A stretch of 63,883 nucleotides of DNA, the filler included, from Olpidium bornovanus S191 (lineage: Eukaryota > Fungi > Olpidiomycota), in assembly GCA_017911155.1 (NCBI GenBank). It is 32 parts of 32 records of this genome, joined end to end, with 100 filler letters (N's around TTAATTAATTAA, not from the genome) between each part and the next. Parts side by side here need not be neighbours in the genome. Positions count along the whole stretch, not along the records: positions 24,437 to 25,943 come from JAEFCI010010167.1; positions 26,044 to 27,607 come from JAEFCI010009685.1; positions 27,708 to 29,289 come from JAEFCI010000322.1; positions 29,390 to 30,932 come from JAEFCI010001755.1; positions 31,033 to 32,651 come from JAEFCI010009733.1; positions 32,752 to 34,511 come from JAEFCI010002507.1; positions 34,612 to 35,763 come from JAEFCI010008462.1; positions 35,864 to 37,007 come from JAEFCI010012591.1; 24 more parts are not named here. One strand, 5' to 3'. Below the pieces are notes generated by a model, which saw nothing but the letters and a program-made list of their open reading frames with translations, was not told where the DNA came from and made no database searches. Positions 24,437 through 37,007 of this stretch are shown here, piece by piece. The position numbers and the translations under genes were made by a program. Within the stretch, counting starts at the first letter, position 1. The number at the start of each line of letters is the position of its first letter.

Positions 24437-25498
24437 CATGAACCAACCCCGCACGGGGCCAATGCTGCGGGCGCCTCGGACAACGCCAACCTCAAACGAC
24501 CTTTTAACCAGCAGAACAACCCCGCTCTGCGGTTTAACGCTGTCAGCGCGGTTGATGCCGCGGGTGACGCGGAAAAAGCGCCAGAGATGCTCGGCGAGAA
24601 GGTCTCGTCGTACGGCGGTCCTAATCTTGACTCGAATTCCTCGTTGTCCTCGACCTTGTCATCTGCTTCGACCATTGCCAAACTCAGCGGCGTGGTCGCC
24701 AGCAAGGCGCGAGGAGAGACCCATCCCACGGAGCCCCATAAATCTCCGAAGCGCGTGCGCTACGACGCCCACGGTCGCGGGGCTTTCATTCCTGTTTCGG
24801 ACGACGAAGTTGAAGTGGCCTCATCCGCTGACGAGATCCACGGCGACGACTCTGGGGGTGACCTTGCGCGCGAACCCGAAAGGTTTGCGAACGGAATGCT
24901 GGCGACGGTCGCCAACATCGCTACCGCCTCTAAGGAGACGATTGTCAAGGCTTTGGACATATTGGTGCCCACTGGCCTGCCGAAAATTGAGTTGGATACC
25001 GACGTTTCAAACTCCTCCGAATATGGTACGATCCCTGAGAAAGCGTTTACTACGGAGCAAGCTGTTCCGGCGCATTCTGTGAATGAGCCTTCGGCCGATG
25101 ACACCGAGGCGGCATCCGGTTGTCAAGACCATAATGCGGGCGGAGTGGGCCACATAGTCGAAAACTCAATTAGATCCGCTGCAGGGAAGGTTGCCAGTGA
25201 AGTTCCATCTGTCGCCGCCTCCGACAACTCAACGCAGGACATTCGGGTGCGCGGCGAAGCCGCCGTCCACCCCCTGGCAGGCACGGAGCCCGAACCCGAA
25301 TCTTCCTCCTCTTTGCGCAAGCGCGCGAGCGCGGCCGCCCAAAGAGCGTCTACCGAGGCGGCGAAGGACTCCTCTAGCGCAAAGGACGGCGCAGCTCGTT
25401 TCGAATGGTGCGCCGGATACACTCTGGCGGCAGCCGGGAGCGTCTTACTGGTTTACGTTATCGTCCCGCTGGTCGTAAGGGCCGTCACCAAGGCCTGA
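24437..25498 (+). CDS. Uncharacterised Ala/Ser-rich protein with C-terminal TM anchor, 5'-partial
   Basis: Frame open from the contig start for more than 350 codons; ends WCAGYTLAAAGSVLLVYVIVPLVVRAVTKA*. Confidence 0.6.
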   Translation, partial: HEPTPHGANAAGASDNANLKRPFNQQNNPALRFNAVSAVDAAGDAEKAPEMLGEKVSSYGGPNLDSNSSLSSTLSSASTIAKLSGVVASKARGETHPTEPHKSPKRVRYDAHGRGAFIPVSDDEVEVASSADEIHGDDSGGDLAREPERFANGMLATVANIATASKETIVKALDILVPTGLPKIELDTDVSNSSEYGTIPEKAFTTEQAVPAHSVNEPSADDTEAASGCQDHNAGGVGHIVENSIRSAAGKVASEVPSVAASDNSTQDIRVRGEAAVHPLAGTEPEPESSSSLRKRASAAAQRASTEAAKDSSSAKDGAARFEWCAGYTLAAAGSVLLVYVIVPLVVRAVTKA

Positions 25499-26043
25499 AC
25501 TGGTGAAGAGGACTAGAAAAAGGGCCGAACGATTGCAAAATGCGTAAATCAGCTCATTTTAATTTTCACGTCGATTCGTTCTTACGTGCACGTCATCTTT
25601 GTTGTCAAAACTTGGTCGGGCGCGTTGGACTTTTCGTCGAGCAGCTGGGGCGACTTTCGTCCGTTCGATTTTTCGCGGCTCGCAGCATGGGGGCGAAGGG
25701 GACGGACGGCGAAAGCCGAGGCAGAGGTTGGGTGCGCGGGAAGGGAACGCCGCTGCTAGTTGTTCGGCGGCGGAGCGCGTGGCAATTGTACGCGGCAGAC
25801 AAGCAGGGATCCTGGCTTCCCGGCACTGTCCCATATGTACTGCGGACCCTCGCAGATAATTGTTTCGCTTCAGGTCATTCGACTCACGCTTGTTGCGTTG
25901 ATTTACTGAATGGCCCCCCGCCACGGAGGAGCTGGGCGCCATGNNNNNNNNNNNNNNNNNNNNNNNNNNNNNNNNNNNNNNNNNNNNTTAATTAATTAAN
26001 NNNNNNNNNNNNNNNNNNNNNNNNNNNNNNNNNNNNNNNNNNN

Positions 26044-26421
26044 GGACATCGAGCGGCTGCGACGGGAAAACCGGGAGGCGGACGAAGAGTTCAAAGAGGC
26101 CGTGGCGTCCGCAGGTACGCGCTTTTCCCTTCCCTCCCTCCCTCTCTCCCCCCCCCCCCCCCCCCTCCCCCCCCCCCCCCCACCTTTTCTCCCTCTGTAA
26201 CAACCCCGGCGCAGAATCGCGGATTCACGGGTCGGGCGGTACGCCGTTTGCTGCGTGAGAAACTTCGGCGGTATTTTCTTTTTTGGCGTCTCTCTCACCC
26301 CTCCCCCCCGCCCCCCCCCGGCTTTGGTTTTCTGTTACGACGCCCAGAGTCGTTACTGCTGGACATCAAGACGGCCGTGTCTTCGATCTCCGAGGGAGCA
26401 GGGCAACGCGCGGAGTTTTGA
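26044..26421 (+). CDS. MED21: Mediator subunit 21 (Srb7), C-terminal exons
   Basis: Exons 26044-26114 and 26348-26421: DIERLRRENREADEEFKEAVASAESLLLDIKTAVSSISEGAGQRAEF*. Confidence 0.6.
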   Translation, partial: GHRAAATGKPGGGRRVQRGRGVRRYALFPSLPPSLPPPPPPPPPPPTFSPSVTTPAQNRGFTGRAVRRLLREKLRRYFLFWRLSHPSPPPPPGFGFLLRRPESLLLDIKTAVSSISEGAGQRAEF

Positions 26422-26724
26422 GTAGCCGGCGGCGCCCAAACGGGGACGGGATCCGTCCCGGCCCCAAAATAACCGCTCGACGGGCCCGGTTTCCTTTCTT
26501 GCCCCGGCGCGCGGCGGAGCGTGACGCGGCACGGCCCGGCTCGTTCGTCAGCCCCGACACCCCTGCGATCGCATTGCGATCGCCCGTCGGCGCGACCTGC
26601 TGGTCCCAGATATACCGCCCCCCATGTGGCGGAACGAGCAGCGAGCGGGTTCATGAAAAGAGAGGCGGCGTGCCCGGAGTGGGCTTGGCCGGATGCGGGA
26701 AGTTCCGAGGAGGAGAGGAGGGAA

Positions 26725-26727
<3 letters not shown>

Positions 26728-26822
<95 letters not shown>
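26728..26822. repeat. About 95-nt poly-G tract with one C
   Basis: Direct reading. Similar tracts at 19441-19551, 24061-24102, 38411-38470, 46387-46484 and 55637-55703. Confidence 0.9.
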
Positions 26823-26823
<1 letters not shown>

Positions 26824-27502
26824 GGGGAAGGAGGGAGCCGGGGTACGGGCGTGAGCGGCGAGCGCGTAATGACAACATAAAACCCACGCTAGATTCGAAA
26901 AGAGAAAAATCCACGGTAATTCCCCCGCGTTTTTCCTCGTTGCAGGCGGCCGCCATTTCGGAAAAAACCCAGGCTTTCGGATTCAACAAAGAGATGGCGG
27001 CATTGAAAACAGGACTAGGCATAGACATATCAAGGAAAACGGGGGGAAAAAAAACATATGTGGGGGGGAGGGTACTTAAACACATACGAACGGGGGACGC
27101 GCGCGAGATGTGAGGGGATAATCTTTGTAAATTGCAGCAATCAGTGTGCAGGAAATGTGGGTAGTGTGTGTGTGGGGAGGGGGGGGGGGGGTGGGGACTA
27201 AGTCGGAAAGGGAAAACGCAGCGAGGAGGGGTTGGGTGCGGTCGGAAAGGGAAGAAGGGAGAGAAAGTGGGAGAAAACACAAAGGGGGCAAAACTAGAAA
27301 CAAGAAAAAAACACTAAAACCCAAAAAGAAGGGGAGGAGTGAATGAGTGGGAAGAGATACCACGCGAGAAAAAAAAAACGAAAAAAAAAAAAGGCGGGGA
27401 CGGGGTGAGGGTGGGTGGTGGTGGAGGAGGGGGGGGGTGAAGTGAGAGAGGGCGGAGGGGAGGGAAGAGAGAGAATGAGAGAGAGTGAGAGGGAGTGAGA
27501 GA

Positions 27503-27534
<32 letters not shown>

Positions 27535-27707
27535 AAGAGAGAGGCTCCCCGCTCGGGATGTCGTCCCGGGATCGCCCGCGTCGGCCGGCCGGCGGAGAAA
27601 ACCGCACNNNNNNNNNNNNNNNNNNNNNNNNNNNNNNNNNNNNNNNNNNNNTTAATTAATTAANNNNNNNNNNNNNNNNNNNNNNNNNNNNNNNNNNNNN
27701 NNNNNNN

Positions 27708-28874
27708 CATGGCGTTGATATCTGGCAAAGAGATGTCCCAGATGGCGAGCCCGGCGTGCAAAAAGCTGGTAAATAATTGTGTGTGCGGCCAATCACGCTC
27801 ATCGGTTCTGTCCCCCGACGGAAAGGCGATTCCGCCTGCTCCGTACCTGGTCGGTTCCGGGTGTGCAGCAGGTAGAGCACCCGGTACGCCGTGAACTCTA
27901 TCACTCCTCCCGATATTTGGTATTCGTACAGTGATTTCAGCTGCGTCTGACACTGGTTGTACTCTCCAAGGTCCGACTATTGCCGTACGGAGGAAGACAG
28001 CGAAAGGTAACAAACAAGCGTCAACACGTGTGGCTGGCTGGATTCACGTTCCTCGCGGGAGGAAAAAGAAAATACAAGCGACAGTGCAAAACCTTCTCCA
28101 ATGCGATCCTCGCGTGCGTCTCGTAGACTCTGACGGTAAACTCGTTCTTTATGCGCTGGACCTTTTACGTACGAACAGCGTAAGCGGAAGGAAAGCGGCT
28201 CATTCGGCAGCCGGCAGTGCCTTCAATGGGAATATGGGGAGAGCCACTTACTGTCAAGTCTTGCCGTAACGACTTAAACTGGTCGCACACGTAGGCGTAG
28301 TTACGTTCCGTTCGCCACTTCTCCTCCAGAAGTTCCAGAGACTGCTTCAGTATGTGCAATGGGCGGACGGTGGACGGGTCGGGAGCCTGGACAAGCGTTT
28401 TTTTTTCGCGGGTTATCCGGTTAGCCCTCGTTTCACGGTAGCGATTTACCGCAGAGCAGGCACGTATCAAAAGATGCGCCGGAAAGGGCGAAGCGGAACG
28501 GAAAAGATTGCCGAACACACCGATGTTAAACGTAAATACGGCTTTTCGAGGTTGCTGCACGTCCCGACAATCGTGTGCCGATCCCAGTCGATGACGTCCT
28601 ACAAACGCCCAGCGAGGCTGTGAACGGCCGATCGAAATCTCCGGCTGTGCGGCGCAAGTAAAGAGTATCGCTCGTGTCGACTCACGCTGATGACAGGCAA
28701 GACGGGCTCCAGCTTGGTGGGCGTGGAAGCCCGGGACTCCTCTGCCTGGAACCGCAGCAACCTCTTGTCCCGTTTTGCCTGTTCCTCGTCGGTTCCTTGC
28801 AGCGAATCGGGCATGTCGTCGGTTTCGCCCACCGCCGCTGACCGGGGCTTCAACGCTTCTCTGGGCGTGCGCAA
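27708..28874 (-). CDS. THP3: SAC3/GANP-domain protein Thp3/LENG8, partial
   Basis: Spliced [102 protein letters not shown]. Confidence 0.92.
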
Positions 28875-29389
28875 GGGACCGCGAAACGAGGAGTTCCCTC
28901 CGTCGGCATCAGATCCCTATGCCTGCGGGAACAGGCTTTTGCCCGACCACATTGCGCTGACCTCTTCCGCTTGTTGCTCGCCTTTTTCTTGGCGCAAGCG
29001 CTGCGGCGTTGGAATCAGAGCGTTAATGCTGCCTGCAAAAGTGCGAACTTCAAGCGTTCGGCCGCACGCGCGCGGTCCGGCACTGAAATGGTACGCACCT
29101 CGGGAGCTTCTTGGCGTCCCAATCGATGGTCCACAGCGTCTTGTTCGCGAAGGCGTCATTGATCATGGCATGCAGCTCCTTTTCTACCGCGTCCCGGTTT
29201 CCTTCGCAGGACGCGAACGCGCGCGAGACATAACCCCTACGGATGCACGACAGTGGGCGTGTGAAGGCAGAGGATGCGAACAGTCAGGCNNNNNNNNNNN
29301 NNNNNNNNNNNNNNNNNNNNNNNNNNNNNNNNNTTAATTAATTAANNNNNNNNNNNNNNNNNNNNNNNNNNNNNNNNNNNNNNNNNNNN

Positions 29390-30699
29390 CATGAGGTACT
29401 CCTTCCCGTCCTCCGCCTGGTGCACGGCGATGGAACATACCCGGTTCGGCGCGGTGATAGAGAGTGAGACCTTCGCGTCCGCCGCGCTGTAGATGTCCAC
29501 CGTCTTATTCGAGCACACGGCGTACCGCGTTCCTGAAGGAGAAAACCGCACGTACTCGCCCTCTGCCGCAGAAAAAGGGGCGGGCGGCAAAAACAATACA
29601 AAAGGTTTACACGGCAGATCATAACGAAACACGAAACAGATCCCCGCATACGCAGCTCCTGGACGCCTTACCTTGGTTCAAGTTCGTTGCCATAACCTTT
29701 CTTCCGTTCATGAGGTTCCACAACCGCAACGTCTTATCCGAGCCTACTGACAGTGCAATTTTTCCCGTTGGGTGTATTGCGAGGTCATTCACCCTGCCCA
29801 GATGGCCCTTCATGGTCTTCAGGCACTCCCAGTCACTCGTCCTCCATATGGATATCGTGCCGTCCTCCCCTGCAGAAAGCATATGAGTCTTCCCGTGGAA
29901 ATTCAGCGCGGTTATCGCTCCTGCGGTGTATATGGTGGAAGAATCGCTGCTTTTAGGTGCTGGGCACTTACGGCCTTTGCCGTCCGGTTACTCGCGAATA
30001 GGGACGTCTCCTACCTTTGTGTTGCATCAAAACTCCCAGTTCCTTTCGCCTGCGAAGGTCATACAACCTGCACCGCGTATAGAAGCATCAGCAGGCAAAC
30101 TCGGCTCCTCCAGACTTCCCAAAAGCACCCCCAAGTAAGTGCGCAACGCCCCCCGGTCTCCGTTACCTGATGACCTCGTCCGAGCTTCCCGACGCAAGGA
30201 ACTTTCCGCCCACGGCCACCGTCTTGATGCACCCGACGTGGGACGGGTAAATGAACACCGGCGCCAGCTTCAGCTTCTGCGCGCCGCCGCCGCCGCCGCC
30301 GCCGCAGCCCGTCTCCGGCGTCCATCGCGCGTCCAACCCGTAGAGCAGTCGCTCGTATGACCCTGCTATGACGCGGAACGCCTCGCTCGCCGGCTGGCCG
30401 CCGCTCACGCCGCAGTCGCCCTCGGACGCCGCCCGTGGCTTTGCCGCCGCCGCCCTGCTCCGCGCCGGCGGGTGCTCCCGGTCTGCGCTGCCGTTCTGCC
30501 CGGCGGACCGCGGAGATTCCGCCGCGGAATCCGCGCCGCGGCCCGCGGCGGGGCTGCCGCTGTCGCTCTCCGCGTCCCCAGGGCGCGGCACTTCGTGTTC
30601 CTCCTGCTCCCTTTCCAGGCGATCTTTTCCCCCCTGCTGCTTGCCCTTCTTCGTCCCGCCCGTCGTCTGAGCCGCTCCTCTCTTTCTCTTCGGAGCCAT
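29390..30699 (-). CDS. MAK11: WD40 60S biogenesis factor Mak11/PAK1IP1, 3'-partial
   Basis: FRVIAGSYERLLYG, SHVGCIKTVAVGGKFLASGSSDEVIR, GHLGRVNDLAIHPTGKIALSVGSDKTLRLWNLMNG. Confidence 0.92.
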
Positions 30700-31032
30700 G
30701 GCTGCCGGGGCTGTCGTGAAACCGAAAACTTCCTAGCGCTCGGGTGAGGGTGGTCAAATTGGGGAGGGACCGGGCATTCACCCTCTCCCCTGCCCAAAAC
30801 CAAAACACCGCCCGTAAAACCGCAAAAATACAAAAAAAAAAAAAAAAAAAAAAAAAACCCCCGGGAAAGTCCCCGAAAAACCCTCAGCCCCAGGAGGCCC
30901 CGGGGGGAACCCCCAAAGGGCCCCCCCCACCANNNNNNNNNNNNNNNNNNNNNNNNNNNNNNNNNNNNNNNNNNNNTTAATTAATTAANNNNNNNNNNNN
31001 NNNNNNNNNNNNNNNNNNNNNNNNNNNNNNNN

Positions 31033-32577
31033 CATGCGCAAGTTTTCCTCCTTGATGGCTTTCTCTTTGGCAGCCAACTTCTGCTGCATCAGGTTGCGCT
31101 GCCGCACCTCCTCACGGGCGTGACGGTCGGCCGCGTACAGCGCCTCGGTGAACTTGGCGAAGTTGTCATTAATTTGAACGTCTTGCAATCCGCGGCCGTC
31201 GGCGGCGAGTCGCTTGTCAAGCGGAATCGTATACCCTTTGGCGTTCTTCCAATTAGATATGCACGGCGGAATTACCCATTCCGCCTGCTCCTTCGCCGAC
31301 ACTTTTCGGGGTGGAGAATGTAGTACGGGGGCGGGAGGGGACGGAGGCCCTGCAAAAAAAAAAAAAAAAAAAGAAAAGAAAAAAGGACGAAGCGTGCGGC
31401 GGGGTTACGCTCGGTCCCGATGGGGCGTTAAGCCGAAGTGTGCACCGAACGGACGACGGCCCCGAGGAAAAAAAACACTCACCTCTCGGCACCCTTTTGT
31501 GTTTAAATTTCGGCGGGTCGAGGGGGTCGACTGGGGCGTCTACCATGCGGATGATGCGCTGGGCGGCGCCTGAGTTGAACCCTTCGCCTTGCTGTGCCGG
31601 CGTGTACCTGATGTACTGGGGGCCCCTATTGTTCGTCGCGGCAGAGGACAAGGTTTTGGGCTTCGCGGCGGCTATCTTCCCGCTCACGATCTTTTCCAGT
31701 GCGGCCCGCGTCCGCTCCGTCGTCTCCTGGACCTCCTCTTCCGACGGCCGCGTGAAGTCGATCTTGCCCACGTCGGCGCGCTCGTGCAGCGGAACCAGGT
31801 CCTTGAACTGAGATTTGACAATCGTCTTCTCGCCGACGCCGTGCTTCGCCAACGCGTCGTATAGAACGTTCCCCTGCGCGTCGGTTTGGAGCGCAAGGGT
31901 GTTGCCGGCGCCTTTCTACGGTTTTTTTTGGCGCACGTCGTCACGAGAAAATCCAGGTTAGTTCCGGGGAAGGCGGGAGTCGGTCCGGCTCAAAAGCTCT
32001 ACCCGCGGCAGGAAACACCGCCGAAACGCCGGCGACGCAGGTAGGTACATGCCCTCTTTCACCTACCGACTTCTTACGTCCCATGTCCAGCGGATACTGG
32101 GCCATGAGAACTTCCGGGAACGCCCCCCCATCGCCGAAGTCCTCCGGAGCCCGTGGAACAAAGCCCTTGCGGTGCCTATAAGGAGGCGGTCCGGCCGCCG
32201 CTACTTCGGTGCGCGGTCCGTTCGCATCAGCCGACTGGGTGCCGTTAGTCGAAGGGAGCGAGTACTGCGGCTTCGGAAGGATGCTGAAGGACCGCCGCGG
32301 TCAAAATAAGGCCCGGCAAAAGAGGAGGAACGGCAGGACGGAGTCCGACAGTGAGTAAGTCGAGGGCACTCGCGACGCCGCGGCCAGAGAGCGCCTCCTT
32401 TACCGGTCGGCAAAAAGCCCTCTCGCGCGCTTCCGCCTTTTTTCCATAACTCTCTCGCCCTTTTCACACACACACACACAGGCGCGCGCAGTCTCTCTCT
32501 CTCCCCCCTCCCCTCCAGCCCCCTCCCGCTCTTCCCGGCGAAGCCCTCTTCTCTCACCCCGCGAGCGCCGTGGCCAT
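31033..32577 (-). CDS. PRP45: Spliceosomal SNW1/SKIP/Prp45, 3'-partial
   Basis: MATALAG/ILPKP, EDFGDGGAFPEVLMAQYPLDMGRKK, YIRYTP, VDPLDPPKFKHKRVPRG, IPPCISNWKNAKGYTIPLDKRLAADGRGL. Confidence 0.97.
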
Positions 32578-32588
32578 TTTCCTTCTTT

Positions 32589-32624
<36 letters not shown>

Positions 32625-32878
32625 CTGTGGGGGGGGGGGGGGGGGGGGGGGNNNNNNNNNNNNNNNNNNNNNNNNNNNNNNNNNNNNNNNNNNNNTTAAT
32701 TAATTAANNNNNNNNNNNNNNNNNNNNNNNNNNNNNNNNNNNNNNNNNNNNCATGCGCCGGCCCCCCCCCCCTTCCACCACGCTTCTTTTTGCGCCCGTT
32801 TCAATGACAAACGGAGCGGGCTTACGTCGTTTCCGCCGGTGCACAAATGATCCGTTTTTCTTCTTTTCCTCGAACCAG

Positions 32879-33663
32879 ATTGCGGCATGACCGTGCACGT
32901 GGACTGCGTCCAATACCTCAAGGTACCCTTCCACGGGTGCAAAGCGTATTTTTCGCGCAACCGGCAACGGCGGGACGTCCGCCCGAAGGCGACGTCCGCG
33001 TCAGCCTCGGTTCCGGCGACGATACCGATGCTTCCCATCGGCGACGCCCCAGCGGCGTCCGTGTTCGGCGACTTCATCGCACTCCTGAACGGCGAACTGA
33101 CGTCTCAGGATGGCGGAGAGGAGGGAGGTGACGAGGCCGGCGAAGGGGCGGGTGACGGGGCGGCGGGGTCGAGTGCCCTCACTGGCACTCCAACGGGCGC
33201 CGGCGCCGGAAGCCGGAGCGCCGGCAGCGGCGCGTCGCGACTCCGCGGCAGAAGTCCCGTTGCCGACAGCGACATCCGCAAGCCCGCAGTTCCGGCGCCC
33301 TCCGCCACGGAGGCGACGGACTGCGCCGGGGGCGACTTCCAGACGACGGCAACTGCCATTCCGACGCCCGGCGCGGCGGCGTCTCCCGCCTTAACGGGGG
33401 CGGGAAAACTCCCGATTTCCGCTCCCGAGGGTAACGCCGCTGCGTGCGTCCACGCCGCGGCGGCGTCGGACCCGTCGCCGAAGGCGACCGCCGCCAGGGA
33501 CGGGTCGTCCGGATATCACGCCGTCAGCCTCGCCCACTCGGTGTCCACGCACAGCTTCTGGGGCGACGAAGACGAAGACCGGCAGGCGGCGCCGGCGGGC
33601 TCCGGCATCGACGGTCTTGTTTTGGTTTCCGCGACGGCGGCGGCGTCGTCGAGGGCAGAGTAA
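32879..33663 (+). CDS. Last exon of a protein with a C1-like (or PHD-like) zinc finger and low-complexity tail
   Basis: AG acceptor at 32877-32878, then CGMTVHVDCVQYLKVPFHGC and an Ala/Gly/Ser-rich tail to TAA. Confidence 0.5.
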
Positions 33664-34302
33664 GGAGAACTGTTTGTCCAGAGACTTTCTCGTCGCGCAG
33701 ACGCGCGGGTCGGCGACGGGCAGTGTCGTGTGTGGCGAAGTGGGGTGGGCGGGGGGAAGGGAGTTCGGACCTCGCGCCACGCCGCCTGTGATCGATGGGC
33801 TCGAAAGTTTTTCTGCGATCATATCTGGATTCGCCAGATACCGCGGACAACGAACCCCTGGACCGCCGGCGATCCCTTATGGCGCTTTTGACAACATCCC
33901 GGCGGCGTGCACACCGGCGGCTTGATATGAACAGAAAGCCGACGGAGGTCGTGCTTGGTTATTGCGTGGGGAACGGGAAAGAACAGGGGGAACAAAAATA
34001 AAACAAAAACAAAAAAAAAACGAAAAGTTTAGGTGCAAGCGCGAGGGGAGGGGGAGGGGGAGGGGGAGGGGGGGAGGCCTGGGTTTCGACAAAATACCCT
34101 CTGTTTGTAGGTTTCCGGGTTGAACCGAGGGCGGAACATCAGCGGTGTTGCGTCGTCGGGAAATTCGGGAGCTTTTTCGGTTGGAGGGGGAAGGGCGCGG
34201 AGGTCGCGCGTCCGGGTTTTGCGCCCGGGTGGGTTGGGTGGGTCGTCGTCTCTGTGTGCGCGCCGCGGGCGGGGGGAGAGGAGCGGGGAGAGGAGGAGCG
34301 GG

Positions 34303-34347
<45 letters not shown>

Positions 34348-34644
34348 AAAAAAGGGGGGGGGGGGGGGGGGCCGACAGCTGTACGCCGGGGTCGACGGAA
34401 ACCTCCTTCCGAGACAGAACCCGGGGTCGTTAGTCAAACAATAATCGTGGGGACGGGCGATGCACTCTCTAATTACACCGTGGAATTTGTTTGGGAAGGA
34501 GGTGCGGAGAGNNNNNNNNNNNNNNNNNNNNNNNNNNNNNNNNNNNNNNNNNNNNTTAATTAATTAANNNNNNNNNNNNNNNNNNNNNNNNNNNNNNNNN
34601 NNNNNNNNNNNCAGGGTTGCCTTTCGCCTCAACAGGGCGGCGGG

Positions 34645-34687
<43 letters not shown>

Positions 34688-34769
34688 ACCACCGGGAGCG
34701 CGTCGATTATTCCCGGAACGTAGCAACCGTTGCTCGCAGTAAAGGCGGCAAGCATACCGCCTCCTTTCC

Positions 34770-35763
34770 TTTGGTCTCCTGCGCGTATTTGGAGATATCC
34801 TTTTGCAGCTTTTGGCGAAGGAGAGCGAGAGTTCTTTGCAACTGCGAAAGGGACGGTCATTTCGGCGACGAGAGTTGAAGTATGCCGGACAGCCGGCCAC
34901 GGCGGCCTTGGAAGCATGCGGGCGAACGCCTCCGTATCCCCAACCGGCGGTACGCCGCTCAAAAGTCACCTCTTCCTTTTCCGCCTCCAAAAACGCGACT
35001 CTGGAATCGGCTTCGCTCTGGATGACTTTAACCGCGTGCGACGTCCGCGCCTCCGTTTGGGATATCTGATCGGTGAGTTCGCGATTGGAGTCGTTTGATT
35101 CTTGAAGCAACCTGCGCGCTTGTGTGAGCTGCGACCGGAAGCAAAGCTGGACGTCTCTACCCCCTTCCTCCCTGCCCCCCTCCCTAACAACGAATGATTA
35201 GATGGGCGTACTCACCGCTGGACGGTCTTCAGCTCCTTTCCATATTCTCCTAACTCCTGCTCATACTTGTTCCTCTCCTTGATCAACGCAGTCTTCATAT
35301 CGCTGCACTCGATGCTTTGATCCCCCCCCCCCGGAGCGTAGGGAGAACGCGTCAGCATCGCGACATTCGACGGGGATCCGTTAAAACGAAAACTCCGCTT
35401 ACTTGAATTGGTGGGTCAGCTCCTCGACCCGGCTGGTAAGCCTTGCGATCTCTTCCCGCAACTTTCCGCACTCCTCTTTTGTCTCTTCGGTCGTCGTGAG
35501 CGAGGACTGGAGCTCCGCTTCTGTGCGTCTCACCTTTTTCCATATATTTATAACGCGACCACTTAACGCCGTTCTCGAGCTACCATTTTCCGCACCGAAA
35601 ATCCTGCCCGCAGAACAGGCCCCCCACTGGCCGCTCACCCTCGTCAGGAGAGCCTCCTTTTCGCTCTGCAAGCTCCTCGACAGCGCGTGCTCTTCCGCAA
35701 CCAGACGAGCTTGGAGGTGGATCTGCTGGTCCTTCTGGGCTATGGCAGTTTCTTTCGCATGCC
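34770..35763 (-). CDS. CEP83: Coiled-coil protein, CEP83 (CCDC41)-like, partial
   Basis: Spliced LVAEEHALSRSLQSEKEALLTRVRRTEAELQSS..EIARLTSRVEELTHQF..LIKERNKYEQEL..VAFLEAEKEE. Collinear with remembered human [70 protein letters not shown]. Confidence 0.65.
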
Positions 35764-36043
35764 NNNNNNNNNNNNNNNNNNNNNNNNNNNNNNNNNNNNN
35801 NNNNNNNTTAATTAATTAANNNNNNNNNNNNNNNNNNNNNNNNNNNNNNNNNNNNNNNNNNNNAGCGGGTCCTCTCGGTTGTGTCGATTAGAAGGGGAGG
35901 GCGAGCTCCGACCGCGTCGAGCGGGTCCTCACGGCTGCGACTCGAGGGAGAGCGCGAGCTCCGACCGCCGCGGAGCGGGTTCGGTGGGAAGTGTGGCGTC
36001 GGCTGCGGACCGTGACAGGCACGTGACGTCACCGAGCGTCTGT

Positions 36044-36079
<36 letters not shown>

Positions 36080-36110
36080 GGAAAAAAAGAAAAAAAAAAA
36101 AGGGGGGGGG

Positions 36111-36147
<37 letters not shown>

Positions 36148-36173
36148 AATCCCGGGCTTTTTTTCCGGACAAG

Positions 36174-37007
36174 CTCGGACATCCCGACGGAGAGAAGATT
36201 CTTACCAGAGCGGCGGCAGCCAAGGGAATCATACAGATGATCCCGACTCTGGCGTCCTGCTCGCTCGACGAGATAACGGGCGCCCGCACCGGCGACCAGA
36301 TCCAGTTCTTTCAGCTGTATGTCAACGAGGATCGATCCATTACCGGTAAAACCGCGCCTTCGCTTGACAAGGGGGGAAGGGGGGGGGGGGGGGGGGGGGA
36401 GGGTCTGGTGATCTGACCGTCGGGGGACAACACGAGGCTGCTCACCACACCAAACGCTAAAAATAAAAAAAAACCTTTTCCGCGGAACTGGAACGCAGAA
36501 AAACTGGTGAAACGTGCGGCGGAGAGGGGATGCCGGGCGATATTTCTGACCGTGGACGCGCCGCAGATCGGCCGCAGGGAGAAGGACATGAGGCTCAAAT
36601 ACGTGGACGAGGCTCCGCACGAGCAGCGGGACGAGGGGATGGAGGTGGACCGGTCTCAGGGGGCCGGGAGGGCCATCTCGTCCTTCGTCTCACCCTCGCT
36701 GTGCTGGAAGGACATCCCCTGGTTGCGCTCCTTGTCGAATCTGCCGCTGGTCCTGAAGGGCGTCCAGACCGTCGAGGACGCTCTGCTTGCCGCCGAGCAC
36801 GGCTGCGAGGGCATCGTGCTCTCCAACCACGGGGGCCGCCAGGTCGACTACGCCCGGTGTACGTTTCCGAAGATGGCCATTCCCTCACAGAACGCCTTTT
36901 ATTTTTTTTTTTTCCGTTGATTGGCACTGATGGTCGTGCGTGACAATCGGGGAATCGTGCAAACAAAATCTGGGCCAGCATCAATCGAGATACTTCCTGA
37001 AGTCATG
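36174..37007 (+). CDS. CYB2: FMN-dependent alpha-hydroxy acid dehydrogenase (cytochrome b2 type), partial
   Basis: LGHPDGE, FFQLYVN, LTVDAPQIGRREKDMR, LVLKGVQTVEDA, IVLSNHGGRQVD, SIEILPEV. Confidence 0.92.
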
